Shown piece after piece: positions 28,952 to 43,135 of a stretch of 64,000 bases of DNA. A model generated the notes under the pieces. The model ran no database searches. It was not told the origin of the DNA and saw nothing but the letters and a program-made list of their open reading frames with translations. Within the stretch, counting starts at the first letter, position 1. Each line of letters begins with the position of its first letter. This DNA is from Auanema rhodensis (lineage: Eukaryota > Animalia > Nematoda): assembly GCA_964057225.1 (NCBI GenBank), contig OZ059899.1:6262001-6326000 (forward strand), written 5' to 3'. A program made the translations under genes and the position numbers.

Positions 28952-29787
28952 TCAACTATCTCTGACGTGTTCTTGAAGTGCTTCTACGGGATCTAAAGTT
29001 GCTCTCGGTAACGCGTGTTGGCTTAAATAATGAGGATCGCTGAAGTATCGTCTGTAGCTATGAATTCGTGAAATAGATTCTTTGATATAACTCTGAAAAT
29101 TTTGTTGCTCAGTTTTCATAATTCCAGACATACCAGAATAGGTAGTGGAAGCGGTAACTGTTCAAGAGCTGTTGCGTTTTCCAAATGAGTAAAAAAAAGT
29201 TGTCTAAGACAAAAATCCGAAAGCTTAGTTTCTAAATAAAGCTGATTATATAGAAAGAAATAATTGAATGATACGAGCTAAGCGTATGAACACTAAAGTT
29301 CTGCAAACAATTCTCAGGTTATTTCCAACTCTTCTTTTGGGAATATAAATTGAGAAATCCTAAACTAGCATAATTTTTATGTTAATCAAGGTAAATACAA
29401 GACTTCGCTCTCTGTAGAAGAATAAAATATTTGCCCCTTTAGAGGTAGACCTGTATTTGATTCACGAAAAATCCAAGGATGTTGTTCGTATGTTCTAATA
29501 TCAATGTGGCGATTTTTTCCTAATTTCGCGTAACGAATGCCAAAGCCCTAAATTAACTTATAAAATTGATTTGATAAGCTCTACTATTACTTTCTGATTG
29601 ATCCAAATTAAATCAACTTCTCTAGATGTTAAATTATAAAAACGAACGAGCACCTGTAATAACAACAAAAAAGTTATTCCAGCAAAAAATAAAAAATGTA
29701 AACCTCAGGAGTTGCAGCAGCAATTGTCTTTATATCTCCTTGGATTCCAAGAACTATCCGTTGCGTGAGTACAGCCTCACTGTTCAT
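28952..29787 (-). CDS. vhl-1: von Hippel-Lindau protein homolog (6 exons)
   Basis: Beta domain VRFYNLTSREVDLIWINQKGFGIRYAKLGKNRHIDIRTYEQHPWIFRESNTG, BC-box TKLSDFCLRQL, cullin box LEQLPLPLPILSYI, stop at 28952. Absent from the ORF track because the exons are short. Confidence 0.88.
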
Positions 29788-30043
29788 AAAGTAACCCCTA
29801 AAATAAAATCATGTGATATTCATTACACTAATGCAATAAAATTAATTAAGTAAAATCATTAGGATTTGATAAACATTTTGAAACAGAACAAGCATCAATA
29901 TGCGTAAATTTCTTTCAAATTTGAGACCACACATTTAGGACATTTTTTATCCAACGCCTATTTCCTCTAGCTTCTGCTAGTGTCTAGTGGAATCCGTAGA
30001 AAATAGTTTAATTCCTGCTAACAATTATATTCAAATTATTCTA

Positions 30044-33000
30044 ATGGGTGATCCTTATGTAATTCCTCTTAACGAAAGCAGTGACACATGCTCGGAACTC
30101 GACGGGCTGGCTCTGAATCATTTCTCTTATGCTGATTCTGAAGTTCTACATCAACAGGTAATCTCATGATTCCGGCGATGATTTATTCTTTATATAGTAT
30201 AACGTTATTGATGATAAAGAATATCTTAAAAGAACATTCAATTTATTTCCTCGTTTTGCTTGCAATGACAAGGAAATTGACGATGAAATTGACGAGGTAT
30301 CAATACATCTGTACCATTTATTTGTTAATAATTTATTAGGACGAAATCCGTGCTCATGTTTTGGGTGCCGCAATGGCAAACGCTGATCTTCTGCACACAG
30401 GCTTAACAGCTCAAGATATAGATAATAATTTACAGTAGTTTATATAGTCTTTCTCTTGATCCTTTTCATATTCAGATGTATGACTAACGGGTTTATGAGC
30501 CTGAAGAATATAGCGGACATTCTTGGTGATAGCGACGCTGCAAAAAAAAATCGAGTATAAAACATTTTTTTTTACATTCTCAATTTTATTGTTGAAGGAA
30601 ATTGCTCTTAAGAACAAATTATTTGAATCGGTATTAAAAATTACTGAAACGCCGAATGGTCTTCGATTCAGGTAGCTCTCCACAGTTATAGTAATAGCTT
30701 TTGATTGAAATTCCAGTCCAATTGGAACAGACCTTACAAAAGAATTAATCGACGAACTTGAACGATGTGGAAGAAAAAACAAAGCAGAGTAATTGGGTTC
30801 ACGGTCTTCAATTTAAATGTTCCACTTTTGATTTAGGCGAGAGAGACATGAGAAGCGGAAACGAGAAGAAATGCATATTCCAGAAAATTTAGAAAGACAC
30901 ATGATGGCAAGTGGTATATATGTTTTTACATTATATTATTCTTTAGGCTAGAAATCTCTTAGTTTATATAATATGGCATGTAAGGTTGTCTAAACAGTGT
31001 CCTAAGGTTTCCTCTATATAAAAAAAGTTTTCATTATTGTATCATAGGTTAAATGGCAAGACGTTCAGTCATGTTATGCTAGTATGAGAGATTCAAAACA
31101 CTCATTATATCACGACCTATATTTGGTTTTCAAAGATGATTTGAATTTGGAATCCTATCCCTCTCTTGATGCTAAAGTTTTTATTGTATTTTGCAACTAA
31201 CTAATCACTATCTTTAGGCAAACAAATATCTTTTCGGACGAAGTAAAACTTCAGTTTTTCTTTCGGTTGCAATGTTCAATAAAATTATTTCCTTTGAAAT
31301 GAATCAAAACCAACTGTACGTGTTCCTGAATAAAGATATTACACCTGAAAATTGTAAAGAATTTAGTGAGTTGTTTTGGCACATAGAATTCATTATTTTT
31401 TTTTGCAGTATATGTTGAGCAAGATTTTGATGAGTTGACTGAACAGCGAAAAGAACGAGAATATGAACACAATGCGCGTGATCGATATGAACGGAAGGTT
31501 TATACACATTTCTGTTTCGACACGTATCGTATGTTTCAGCAACGTCAAGATGATTATTCTTCCAGTAATTGGAAAGAAGGTGAATTACCTACCGCTACAA
31601 CTTTGTATACAAAGGTATGTTAAGAATTATTTTTACAATATAGTTTCCTTATTGATATTAAATATATTTTCAGCGATTCGTTGCTAAAAACACTCCAGAA
31701 AATACCTTTTTATCAAAAAATAATGATACAGCTCCTTTTGGAAAAAGTCTGAATGAAAATAGTTCTTCCAGTGAACTCTCCAGTGATGAAGATGATGTAG
31801 ATGTTGAGAGGCATTTCTCTGATGAAGTTTCGTTATATACCATTTTTTTGTTATAACTCAGTTTTTAGGATGATGATACTAGGCGCCAAAAAGAAGAGCA
31901 AAAAAAGAAAAGAGAGAAAGAGGCATTTTTTTGGGTTTTTCTTGATTTATTGTTTGATTCTTTTATTTTAGATTGCTGAAAAGGAAAGGCTGAAGCAGGA
32001 AGCTAAGAAAAGACGTGAACAGAGGCTCCAGTCTGCTGCACATCTTCCTGCGCAGTACGTTTACTTTCCACTTTAGGAATTGTCTTTTTATTTGTCTTCT
32101 TTTCCTTCAGGTCTACTGAACATAAAGCTTTTAATAGCAGTCCTGATAAATTACAAGATGTGGATGATGATTTGGTATGATCAATTAAAAATTAAAAATA
32201 AAACATTACAATGTTTAGCCTGAAGTGTGTAATCAATGGGAAAGATTGGATGATTCATCCCAAGGTATTTTGTTAAAATCAAATATGAAGAAACGTTTCT
32301 ATCTTCAGATCAAAACCAACGAAAAAATAAAATTATTCCAATTAAAGTTGATCAAGGTCCAGTTCAGACATTATTCAAGAATGAATCGATGGTCAGAAAA
32401 CAAACTCATATTTATAAGTATATACAGTTGATTATAGGTTAATAAAGAAACACAAATTCTAAAAAAAGTACCACAGTCTTCTAAAAAGTATGCGTGGTTT
32501 GTTATTAAAAGCTTATTATGTTTCTTTTAGAAGCTTATTTGGTGGACCTTCCCAATCACGCCCAGGCACTTCCGTTGAAATTAGAGAATGCTCTCCTGAC
32601 TATATTTCCACAAAAAAGTATGATAGCCTAATCTATTATGTGCACATTTTTCTTTGTTGTAGCGTAGCTAATCCTTTTGAATTCCATCAAAGTTCATATA
32701 ATATGACTTCAAGCCGCTCTTCTCTGGATAGAAGCAACTCTTCACTGTCGATTAATACTTTGCGGTAAATTTTATATTGTTATTTTCTGTAAATATTGAT
32801 AATAATATTTCAGAACTTCGCTACCGCCCGCTGGAAATTTAGAAGAAAGACAGAAGGGATTTTTATCATATTTGAAGATTTTAGTTTTTACTAATCGTTC
32901 TGATACAGCTCGTCATATGCGATTAGTTTGTTTACATTTATTTTTAAAACCTTTAAACTTTATTATCAGATGTCAAATATTTCTTGTTCTTGTTACGGTC

Positions 33001-33171
33001 ACCCTAGCCTTCTATTTGGATCTAAATATATCGAGAAAATTCAAGAAGAAATTCCAGAAATTTCGGCGGAAGACTTAAAAACAGCTTATGGATTTGATGT
33101 GAGTTTTATTGTTTAAATATTTAACATAATATCCTACTGTACTTCAGACTATTTTCAATTGGAATGGATAA
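30044..33171 (+). CDS. Uncharacterised multi-exon protein with LOTUS/winged-helix-like folded segments and a long charged, Ser-rich disordered region
   Basis: Exon chain from MGDPYVIPLNES to GFDTIFNWNG*, with AATAAA at 33245. The domain assignment is by eye only. Confidence 0.7.
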
Positions 33172-33384
33172 TAATTTTTTTCTTTTTCAGCTAATTGTCA
33201 TTTTTCTTATAATATAAAAATTACGGTGGTTCTATATAGTATTGAATAAATTTTTATGTTTGAATTTGATCAGTTTATAGAGCGATCAGTATACAGTTAC
33301 AATTTTGTTTATAAATGTTTTGTTGGGCGATAAACTAATGAAGGTAAATCTCTCCCAAATCAAAAACTTAACGCACTTGGCTTT

Positions 33385-34989
33385 ATGGCGTTCAAAGCTT
33401 TTCTCCTAATTGCGATATATTTCTTATTCGCCAATGCTGTGATTCCTCCTCCTTACCTGATTCGAGAGAAATCTGTGCCTCCTAATGGCCCAATAACTGT
33501 TAGAGTCGGAATTGATATATATGAAACTTTTATGGTAAATAGATTCAGTGTTGCACGATCAATCAACTTTAATTTTTTTTAGAGTTTTGATTCGGATACT
33601 CTTACTATCCATGGATCATTACGATTAGTAAGATATATAGTTAAAACCTTTTCGTATATAATGTTTTTAGTATTGGAGAGATATTCGAAAACGTTATAAT
33701 ACTACAGATTATAACACTGTCTCATTCTTTAGTGGTATTAATGATAAGGAATACAAAATTGTAGAAAAGAATATTTGGGTTCCTGGTCTTAAACAACAAA
33801 TGCAGCTACTTACGTTTAGGTTTTTATTTATAAACAATTATTTCTGATATTGATAAATGCTTAAGATCATCTAGTTACTTCAGTGGAGAAACTATATCTC
33901 CTTTCAAAGATGGATCTATTACTTATTCTATGCGTTTTATAATGCCAATATCATGTACCCAAATATCAGTAAATTATCCATTTGAATCATATTCTTGCTT
34001 TCAAATCTTATTAGATAGCAATGCAAATAAGAACTATGTCTATAAGAGTATGTTTTAATTTTCTTTCTGCATTTGTTTTATAAGTTTTTAGGCTATTATC
34101 CAGATGAAGATATAATGAAACTAAACTTTAATTCTAAGCATAATGGTCATTCAATTACTAACGTTAATTCTAGTGTTTTCACAAAGACCATTGATGATTG
34201 GGATAGGTTAGAACATAATAACGGCTTGTTCACGCTTCTCTAATTTAGGGATGGATCAATTAATGTACCATATCTTCAATTTGGATTCGTAGTTCAAAGA
34301 GTATCACCTAGGTTGATTACAACAGTATTCACCCCAGCTATCGGTAATTCAGTTATCTTTCTTCCCTTAAAAGGCTGGTAATTGCAAGCAAAAAATGTTT
34401 TGCTTTTGTCATGAATTTGAATTGTTAATGTAAACAACGCGAACTATTTTTAAGAAAAAACTGTTGAAGCTTATGAAGAGATGGGAATTTTCTTATTTTT
34501 TTAATATTTCAGCTATTGGTATTATTGATGCTCTCTTGTTTGTTTTCTCTAGGAATTTATACTTAAATTGCGCAATGCTACCAGCGTTTTGCCTTCATTT
34601 TCAAGAAATGACTTTGAAAAATACGATTGAAGAGTTTCCACCAATTGGTTTGTTATCAATATTATACAAATTTATAATTATTCGTATGCTTACTTACAGT
34701 TAAATTCTTCTATGCACGATTTTTAACATCAGTCTTGTGTAATTTATGGAATTTCTTGTTATGTATTTCAAGAGAATTCAAGACAACCCTTCATCAGACA
34801 TCTTCCACTGAATTCATCGATGAGGAGATGACTGCGGATATATCATACTTCACTTTACTTCAATCATTCTTATCAACTTGGAAACGCAGATTATGTATTG
34901 TCTTAGTATTTTTAATAGTATTTTATGGTATTCTGTCTATTAATCTGACCAATATTCCCAATACTGTTATCAAAGAACCCAATTATTAA
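33385..34989 (+). CDS. Divergent Cys-loop ligand-gated ion channel-like subunit
   Basis: Signal peptide MAFKAFLLIAIYFLFANA, PITVRVGIDI, YWRD, IWVP, Cys-loop CTQISVNYPFESYSC (C-x13-C), followed by hydrophobic segments. Confidence 0.8.
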
Positions 34990-35172
34990 TTGAATATAAT
35001 TCTTTTAAGATTTTTGCTTTTAATTACTTTATTTAGAATAATAAAACATATACATTTACTGACAAAAATATTTGAAACATATGAAGAAAGCACTTAAAAG
35101 AGGTGAACTTACCTTCATCTCTTTCTATAATACTATCTTATCAAACGACAAAAAAACAAAAATTGAAACAAA

Positions 35173-36017
35173 TCAATTACATTTCACTGGTTCTGGAGCA
35201 TTCATCCAATCTATGCTGCAAAATCCACATGTTTCACGACAAACTCTGAACCCAAGACGATAGTGTTCAGCTCTGCAAGACCATCTGAAAGAAGTTTAGG
35301 TTAAATAAAAAGAAAAGAACTGAAAAGAACCGTTTAGCACTCCATGAATCTGAATTACTTTGGAAGCGTGAGCAATATGTGGAGCTCATACGATCGAAAC
35401 AATTCGCGGTATTATTGCCAGGCGAGAAGAAACTTGAAAAATTTTGTAGAATGTTTTATGAACTGATTTCTAAATAAGACTTACGCAGTTGCCCTTTCTC
35501 TATAATTTTGTCCAACTTCATCACAAGATTTACAACATACAACCAGAGAGAAATCTGGCTCTCTAGAGCATCTAGAGAAATTAAATTTTAGTAGCTGAAT
35601 GCTTAAATGGCACTTTGTTACTTTTGAGCAAATCCTCTAGGATCATTTGATTTCATTGCTCGACAAATAGAACCTCCAGACTCATCTTTACAGCAAGGAA
35701 GAGGTTGAGTAGCATCAAGATTGTTTTTACGAATTGTAGAAGAAGCTGGAACACGAGCTGAATTCAATGAATGTGTGTATGTTTACAAGTTTTGTTCTTA
35801 CCAATTGGCATAGAACGTCTGGCTGTATTTACGAAACTGGTTGGTCTAATTATAGAAGACGGATTGTATCCTCGATGATATATGTGATCACTCAACAGAT
35901 TATTAGCTTGTGAATCTATACATAGAAATTTCAATTCAGATTAGAGGTGTAATACAAACCTATGGAATGTAAGATAGATAATAGCAGCGTCAAGGTAAGA
36001 CTTCTGATGAGGACCAT
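35173..36017 (-). CDS. Secreted ShKT-domain (SXC-like) cysteine-rich protein, 6 exons
   Basis: Signal peptide MVLIRSLTLTLLLSILHSIDS. Two Cys modules: CCKDESGGSICR..CSREPDFSLVVCCKSC and CFDRMSSTYC..WSCRAEHYRLGFRVCRETCGFC. Confidence 0.85.
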
Positions 36018-36857
36018 GATAGTTGAAGACCTAGCCGCCAGCCAAGCAAAGAATTTGAATTGGAATGATTTCTGGAGACTCAATCAAGAACTTCAAGCGA
36101 TAAAATGGGAGGGTCAAATTCTTTGACCTTCATCAATTGACACAACCTTCTGGTCTTGCGCACGAAGAGGTGACAGCTTATACGTGAATGAACTATCAAA
36201 CGAATTGACGTTCACAAACATTTCAACTTCGTTTCAAGCAAAAGACATTAGAAAAGAAGGCAATGATCAATAAGGTTTTGAACATTGGAGATTTTATGAA
36301 AACAAAGAAAATTGATATCCCAATAACTTTGGAATACTGCTAAAATGCAAAGCTATCCATATAATTGCGTCATCATAAGCACAAACTTCTTTTGTGACAA
36401 CAAAAATAATAAATGGTAATAATGAAAGAAACCATCACTTTTCCATCGCATATTTACTTCTATTACTAATTAGTTATTTTCATTTTTATTCGGCCTTAAT
36501 GAAATAGTTATCCAGTTGGAATGCAAGGTATTGGCAAAGCATTAGAAAAGTGCTAATAACAAGAAGATGAAGATGGAACCATTAAAATAATATATCTAAA
36601 TAATTATAAGATGAATATGGTCAAGCAAGTAGTAATCAAAGACTTTTTCATTTTGATGTGAAATTTCATTTTTCATTTGATTTCTCAGTTTCTCACAGAT
36701 CGGTTGTATATAAAGGTTTTCCGAGCGTTAGATCAATAAGTACAAACATCAACTAAATTATCAAAATGATAAAGCTGAATAATGTTAAAAACAAAGTTGT
36801 GAATAGAAATTGGACCTGTTTGACCTAAAAATGGTGTGAAACATATAAAGCTCTCGA

Positions 36858-37125
36858 GCATTGTTCGAAAAATGAAACCTCCAGGCTCATCTTTGTATCA
36901 GGAAATACGTTGTTTAGCATCAAGATTGTTTTTACGAATTGTAGAAGAAGCTGGAACACGAGCTGAATTCAATGAATGTGTGTATGTTTACAAGTTTTGT
37001 TCTTACGAATTGGCATAGAACGTCTGGCTGTATTCACGAAACTGATTGGTCAAATTATAGAAGACGGATTGTATTCTCGATGATATATGTGATCACTCAA
37101 CAGATTATTATAAATTTGTGAAAAT
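36858..37125 (-). pseudogene. Decayed partial duplicate of ShKT gene exons 2-3 including the intron
   Basis: Near-identical to about 35655-35915 (e.g. the shared run starting gcatcaagattgtttttacgaattgtagaagaagctggaacacgagctgaattc), but with in-frame TGA replacing an Arg codon and a Cys codon. Confidence 0.85.
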
Positions 37126-37388
37126 AGATACAGGTAACACTTTATTTTCTGTGAACAGTGAACCCATATAAGACAGTTGTTGGCTTTTATATCTACAAAC
37201 AAAAGCATATTTTTAAAATAATATATCAGAGAGCGCAAGAAATATTAAGGAAATAGTATAAAATTGTTTTGTATGCACTGGTACTGGCCCGAAAGAACGG
37301 TGCAAAAATGCTAGAAAGAATATAAAGGAAATTAAAAATATTATGAAACGACTAGATTTTCAGAAATAAAACGAGATGAGGAGTTTAG

Positions 37389-40219
<2,831 letters not shown>

Positions 40220-40731
40220 CTGAAATTATTTGATTCTGAATCACGGTAGATTGAGAAGATTCTGAACAGATTGAGAACGAGTGCAGGAAATTTCTGCCAA
40301 AGGGAAAGATAAAACAAATTTACGTCACTAATGATGCAATTCCATTTATATCATACTGCAATAAAGTCATAACGCAAAAGCGGAAAACTACTGAGAACTT
40401 GATATAAGTTCAACATAGCATTGTAATCATTTTCTCACAGTTATTAATATAGAAATAGGATAGTTTAAATATAGATTATGATTGATGTTCTAACAATAAA
40501 TGAGCAACTTTTGGAAGAGGAAATAAAGTATAATAAGTCCAAATAATTGGATAAAATACTGATAAATCAGTAAAATGAAGTTAAAAAGAAAACGAACAGA
40601 TATTTTTCATAAAAGCTGAAAGCCTCGGCCGTTTATAAGAAAAAATCATATTAAAAACATTTTTCCTCCATCTGAAAACACTTTATTCGCTACTTGGAAG
40701 AATATAAGCACAGTATGAAACATCAAGAAAT

Positions 40732-40967
40732 CAGTAGACTACGGTATTACTGCGGACCAAGAAGCTTGGCGGATGATGGATGGCTCTGGATGGCTGATGT
40801 ATCCGCCGAGGCGATGGCAGGCTCCTCCCCCTGATTCCAATTGAACCAATCAGCGAACAGCCGGGCCGGGCTAGCGGGGAGAGAAGCAGGAAAACATCGG
40901 GATGAGACCCGATTACAAAGCAGGATTTTGACGAAAAAATGCTAATAAGCATAATAGTCTAGTACTG
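40732..40967. promoter_or_regulatory. GC-rich island about 0.5 kb upstream of fax-1 (enhancer/promoter or structured RNA)
   Basis: Sharp GC enrichment, no convincing ORF, several short inverted repeats. Confidence 0.4.
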
Positions 40968-41819
40968 TTTGGTAACAGTCCAGGATTGTAGAAAAACTGG
41001 AAGCCGAAGTACTCAAAACCTACTTTCAAGTTGCATATATTAAAGAAAGAAGGCCCAAGGAAAATAATGAAATCAGCTTAAGCACAGAATTCAATGCAAA
41101 ATTCAATAAAATTTGAACATATATGCTGTAACCTAATGAGGACCATATTATGAATTATAGAATCTGTATATATTATGATGAGGTCAAGAAGATACTCTCA
41201 ACTTCAATCAGTTGCTTGATACTTTAATTTTTCAGGTTGAACTGACATCCGAGTGCGTTGATCGAGCAAATGACTGAAAAGACCGCTAACTAAAGTGGCC
41301 AAGTCGTAATTGGCAGAGGTTTGGACATCGGCAAGTCGTTCATCTATTTGTAGACCTACTGCAGACACCATATAACTTTACTCATTCAGTTACCAGATGT
41401 TTAGCAATAGAATCAGAAGAATAATATAATATGGTTTGATACTAATTTAGAAATTTGCATACTGGTTATTCGAAAAATTTATATTCATTTTATAATTTTA
41501 ATGGTAAGAATAAAGAATTTCAAGTCAAGAAAATTAATAGAATATCAGATGACAGTACTCGTTTTCCGAAGAGTACCGGATTCTACCTTTATAAGTAGAA
41601 AATCATGAAAACATTAAGTTTTTTATTGATTTGGAATACGATTTGCATAAGATTTTCTCTATTCGAATTTGAAAAAACTATTTTCATTTTATTTATTAAA
41701 AGCATATTCTTAGATTATGTACTGTTTTAGTGTTTCAGTGTTTCAGTGTTAATAGTCTTTTACTATATCAAACTAAATGTATAAACTGCTACAGGGAAAA
41801 GCAGCAACTACTTTTAACG

Positions 41820-42400
41820 AAGTAGTATCCCAATACAAGCCTGTCAATTTTTATCCAACACGCCATGCTTTCACTTGTCGACAATACTGACGTCGTTGTC
41901 GTCGCCGTTGTCGTACTTCCACATCAGCAGCCGATTGTGTTTATTACTTGGTTTCAGAATAGAAAGTTAGAGAAGGGGAAAGGTTGGATAGGATGAGAAA
42001 AAAGAGGATCAGACGATGGAACGAAAAAGGAATGGAATGACAAGCATTCGTCTCAATGGCAGCGCCAGCAGCAGGGGCTGGAGGTTGGAATTGAATTGAC
42101 GATAGCACTTCTGCCAGCCTAATCTCTTTTCGTGGTCGTGTAATGACACGTCCTGATCGGATAACTTCACCAGGGCCCAAGACTCGGTCGCCTGAGAGCA
42201 GTCTTTTCCCTCTATTATCTAGCTCTCCATATTACCTCCTCTATTTCGCCTCTATCGGAAGCTGCAGCAACAACGACAGCTGAGGCAGAAGCATCAAAGG
42301 ATACGGTAGTCGACTTCGTTCCCTGGGGACAAGGTAAAGCAGGACTCTGCCAACAGCCAGAGGGTGAGTAGACGGCTTGTCAGCTATCAAACTAGAGTTC
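41820..42400. promoter_or_regulatory. GC-rich non-coding island upstream of fax-1, likely cis-regulatory
   Basis: GC-rich relative to its flanks, with no splice-consistent ORF found. Confidence 0.35.
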
Positions 42401-43135
42401 TATGAAAATTGAAACGTAGAATTTAGGATTGTGGAGAACAAAGCAGGGGAAGTTGTTAGTCTACTTACTGCAAATTTCTGGCAGTACTACAATCAGTCTC
42501 CCAATCATAGGGACAAGTAAAAGAAATAAAGAATTAGATCTTATACCTATTGGATATTCCTCTTCTAACAACTTCTGTCTAACTTTGAATTAGCACAGAT
42601 GATCACATGTACAGCCTGTTGAAGGGATAGAGCCAAAAATCATGCCGACATCTGAAGAAGTCTACAATAAAATGAGGGACCTACTCTTCATCCTCAATAT
42701 CCGGATAATTAGATATCTAACGCTAATACCAATTACAGTAATCCTTTACCCACTCCATATATATATATCTATATCTATATCGTGCGGCAAACATCGGGTC
42801 ACATCTGTGCAGTGTTCCTATTAGATTATACGTGTTATTGGAGCGGGGCTTTGTGATGCTGTAAGTAATGTCATTATATCAATCATTTACACACAAACTG
42901 GCAAATGACATGAAATAGGATAGAGATATTAGTTTTGAGGAGGGAAGAAGTACCCTATAGCAAGCCGATCAGTTTATAAGTCTTAACTTTTATAATTAAG
43001 AGTGTGGAAACCTCGAAGCATTTTTCACAGAAAATACATATATATTTATATACCAGTGTTAGACTATTGTAAAACAAAACGAATATCAAGATCTAATTAT
43101 TATACAATTTCTATAAATCAACATAAAGTGGAAAA

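Noticed and set aside
33172-33384. Possible operon link between the LOTUS-like gene and the channel gene (213 nt gap)
   Set aside because: The spacing fits, but no convincing trans-splice acceptor was found near the channel ATG.
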